Shown here: positions 61,291 through 64,000 of the stretch, in pieces
Layout of the letters: every line of letters begins with the position of its first letter
Numbering within the stretch: the first letter of the stretch is position 1
Source: an uncultured bacterium
GTDB taxonomy: Bacteria; Verrucomicrobiota; Verrucomicrobiia; Limisphaerales; UBA8199
Reading direction: 5' to 3'
Assembly: GCA_963749495.1 (NCBI GenBank)
Contig: CAVVMW010000021.1
Span: forward strand, 192,001 to 256,000
DNA length: 64,000 nucleotides
Translations under genes and position numbers: made by a program
The notes under the pieces: generated by a model
What the model was told of the DNA's origin: nothing
Databases searched by the model: none
The model's input: the letters and a program-made list of their open reading frames with translations, nothing else

Positions 61291-62289
61291 ATGAGCGAAG
61301 GCCACAAGGCACCGGTTCGAATCCCTCCACCGGCGGGGAGCACGCCGCTGGCGCGCCTGTGTGAGGCGCGGGGCTGTCGCGCCTCCGGCGCTGGCCTGAG
61401 CGCGGAGCCCGCCAGCAGACCCACGGGCGGTGGCCCGCCACCGCAGCGCTCGGCCACCGAGGGGGCCGAAGTTGAAACCCTTGGGGTGGCCGTGGTTGAT
61501 GACGACATGGACTTCCGCAGGGTCGTCCTTGGGGTGCTCTACACGGCGCGCGAGTTCCATTGTTGCGGCTGCTTCTCCACCGCTGCCGAGGCCCTCGACG
61601 CAATTCCCAGGCTCCCGGTCCGCATTGCCTTGGTCGGGCTGTCCCTTCCTGATCTTTGCGGCATCCAGTGCATTCACACCCTTCGACTGCTCCGGCCCGG
61701 CCTGCGCATCGTCCTCACCGCCGCTCCCAACGTGGATGCCGCCATTGTTCAACGGGCCTTGGCCGCCGGAGCCGATGGGTACTGGGTCAAATCGGCCGAA
61801 GCCCAGCGTTGCCTGCAGCTCCTGCGCGTTATCGCCAGCCAACTGGCACCCGCACGCCTCCGCGTTCCGCTCACCGGACGTGAGCAGGAGATATTGGCCG
61901 CCAGGGCCAAGGGACTCTCTTGGAAAGCGATTCCCGGCGAGTTGGGCATTAGCCCATCCCTCGTCGGTAAGCTGCGGCAGCGCATCCACCGCAAGCTGAA
62001 CGCCCACAGCAGCGTTGCCGCCGTCAACAAATGGCGTGAGGCTGGGCGGGGAGGGCCAGGTTGCGACGCCAGGAAAACCGACTCAAACCGGCGGCCAACC
62101 CGGGCGCCCACGGTCACCACATACCCCGTAGAAGGTGAGCCGCATGTTTCAAAATCGAAGACCGATTGGACCGAGGCAGTTCCGGACGCCCCTGGGGGTG
62201 GCATTTTTGCCACCCTCCACCGCCCTTGCCGAGTGTGTAGAATTCGAGCATCGCCGCCGCTTCACGAGGATTACAAAAAACGTGCTTGA
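61291..62289 (+). CDS. NarL/LuxR-type response regulator with degenerate receiver; boundaries uncertain
   Basis: VAVVDDD, LVGLSLP (Asp site reads Gly), AGADGYWVK, LTGREQEIL...KL. Confidence 0.75.
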   Translation: MSEGHKAPVRIPPPAGSTPLARLCEARGCRASGAGLSAEPASRPTGGGPPPQRSATEGAEVETLGVAVVDDDMDFRRVVLGVLYTAREFHCCGCFSTAAEALDAIPRLPVRIALVGLSLPDLCGIQCIHTLRLLRPGLRIVLTAAPNVDAAIVQRALAAGADGYWVKSAEAQRCLQLLRVIASQLAPARLRVPLTGREQEILAARAKGLSWKAIPGELGISPSLVGKLRQRIHRKLNAHSSVAAVNKWREAGRGGPGCDARKTDSNRRPTRAPTVTTYPVEGEPHVSKSKTDWTEAVPDAPGGGIFATLHRPCRVCRIRASPPLHEDYKKRA

Positions 62290-62367
62290 AATTGAATGAG
62301 GACCTCTGATACAAAAAGGCAAAGGACGGCCGGCTTTGGGTCGGCGCAGTTTTGGGTGGTCGGGAAC

Positions 62368-63339
62368 ATGAAAGCATTTTGCAAGCAATCAGCATCGGGC
62401 CGAAGGCTGGGGACCTCAAAAAGGCCAGCTAGCCGGCCGGCGTTTACCCTAATCGAACTACTGGTTGTTATCGCCGTCATCGCCATCCTGGCGGCGCTGC
62501 TGCTGCCAGCCCTCAACCGGGCCAAGCAAGCTGGCTACACGGCCACCTGCAAGAGCAACCTGCGGCAGTGTGGCGTTGCGCTGCAACTATACGTGGGCGA
62601 CCACCTTTACTATCCTCCCTACGCCTTCAACGAGACGAACACCCCCTGGGCGCAGGCTGGTCCATTGGCGAATCCCTTGTTCTGGTATCAGAGGCTCGAG
62701 CCATACACCAAGACCAAGTGGCCCAGCTTAGCGCTGCCGCCGAACGTCCCGGCGGGCGTTGGCGTCGTCTTGCCGCCCGACAGCGTGTACGTTTGCCCCA
62801 GCTACGCGCGGCTGGGGGGATGGTTCTGGGAGGGCAGCGGCGCCTATGCGTACAATAACGTTGGGTTTGCTGGCCACCCAGCACTGGGGAAGCAACTCGG
62901 TCTAGGCGGGGTCGGCGGGGTGCAGGGAGGCGACGTGATGCTTTGGGCGGTCGAGACAGGAGACATCCGCTTCGTGAAGGCGGACGAGGTCGTGCAGCCA
63001 AGCGACATGCTCGCCTTCGGTGACGCTCCGCTCCTGTATGCTCCACAGGCGTCCGCCCCGGACCCCCCCCTTAGTGGTATTGCAGACGAGGGTATGTGGT
63101 GGGGGGAGCCTCTTTACGAACTCGGCCTAGACCTCTCTACTTGGAACTTCGGGGCTCAGACATTGCCCTGGGTCAAGAGGCGGCATGGAGGGCGGTGGAA
63201 CGTGGTGTTTTGCAACGCCCATGCCGAGAACCTCCGGACCGCCCAACTGTTTGACCTCAGGCAGGACAATGTCGCCAAGCGGTGGAACCGGGATAACCTG
63301 CCCCACCCCGAGTTGCAACTGCCGCCATTTCGCCCCTAA
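62368..63339 (+). CDS. Prepilin-type N-methylation / DUF1559-like protein
   Basis: [46 protein letters not shown] (H-X9-DG variant). Confidence 0.88.
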   Translation: MKAFCKQSASGRRLGTSKRPASRPAFTLIELLVVIAVIAILAALLLPALNRAKQAGYTATCKSNLRQCGVALQLYVGDHLYYPPYAFNETNTPWAQAGPLANPLFWYQRLEPYTKTKWPSLALPPNVPAGVGVVLPPDSVYVCPSYARLGGWFWEGSGAYAYNNVGFAGHPALGKQLGLGGVGGVQGGDVMLWAVETGDIRFVKADEVVQPSDMLAFGDAPLLYAPQASAPDPPLSGIADEGMWWGEPLYELGLDLSTWNFGAQTLPWVKRRHGGRWNVVFCNAHAENLRTAQLFDLRQDNVAKRWNRDNLPHPELQLPPFRP

Positions 63340-63632
63340 CCTCGTGGGCATCGCGCCTGCGGGCGGGGCGGACCATACGCAACGTGGCCTCAGAGAATCC
63401 AAACCGCCCGCCGTTCCCTCGCTTTTCCGGTCTCTTTGCGCTCACCGTTGTGCGCCTGACGCTCGACGGCTCTCCATGGGGGTGGCCATTTTGCCACCCT
63501 TCTCGAAATGCACGGGCCGTGCTACAAGAGGCGCTAAGGGTTCCGCAGCCGGCGCGCGGTGGAGCGCCCGGCCTGCGGAACGAGAACTAACTGAGCGGCG
63601 CAGTAAAGCGCTCAAAACGAAAAAGGCAGAAT

Positions 63633-64000
63633 ATGAAAGAGGAAGAAGCCTCACACACCAGCTCCGGCACCTCACCGTCTCCAGGGGTGACCCGGCGCGA
63701 TTTTCTACAAAAGGCGACCAAGGCCATTGTCGGGGGCGGGGTCCTAATCGGGACCCTCCTCAGCCCGAGGCAAGCTAAGGCGTGCGACAATGACAACTGC
63801 GCTGTATCAAACACGTGCGCCTCGGCCAACACATGTACCTCGTTGGACACCTGCATCGCCCCAAGTGGCCACTATGCATGGAACACCTGCAGCCAGGGCA
63901 ACAACTGCTCCCCGGGTTTTGACCAATGCGGGGATGACCTTAATCCGTCCTCGACAAATGAATGCACCCAAGTCAACCAGTGCGCAAATGACCTTTGCTA
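63633..64000 (+). CDS. Tat-signal Cys-rich peptide/protein, truncated by the window end
   Basis: TRRDFLQK...RQAKA|CDNDNCAVSNTCASANTCTSLDTC...; open to the window edge; absent from the ORF track. Confidence 0.75.
   Translation, partial: MKEEEASHTSSGTSPSPGVTRRDFLQKATKAIVGGGVLIGTLLSPRQAKACDNDNCAVSNTCASANTCTSLDTCIAPSGHYAWNTCSQGNNCSPGFDQCGDDLNPSSTNECTQVNQCANDLC

Overview
High-GC bacterial DNA. The gene content (Tat oxidoreductases, DUF1559-type prepilin, many secreted proteins ending in an 'FYRL/FYRV' domain) suggests Verrucomicrobiota of the Pedosphaera type; this is inference. About nine genes carry single-base frameshifts, probably long-read errors. Housekeeping and envelope genes include malQ/DPE2, deoC, udk, hisC, pilT, gspF/H/I/J/K-like genes, MBOAT+SGNH, prolyl oligopeptidase and tRNA-Leu(TAG). 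They are interleaved with five toxin-antitoxin modules or remnants, large secreted repeat proteins and many REP/MITE-like repeats. Main findings: (1) an 816-nt ORF-less group II intron whose EBS1/EBS2 are complementary to the oriIS terminus of IS91-like elements and which sits exactly in such a terminus; (2) an IS110 element whose non-coding left end contains readable bridge-RNA-like target and donor guides for a REP hairpin, with 111-118 bp mini-elements bearing the same ends; (3) a Tat-signal, (N/D)xC-repeat Cys-rich ORF running off the right edge; (4) an adjacent dockerin-like/cohesin-like gene pair between tRNA-Leu copies; (5) short tandem repeats translated inside pseudopilin leader peptides. 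All calls are by eye; no searches were run.
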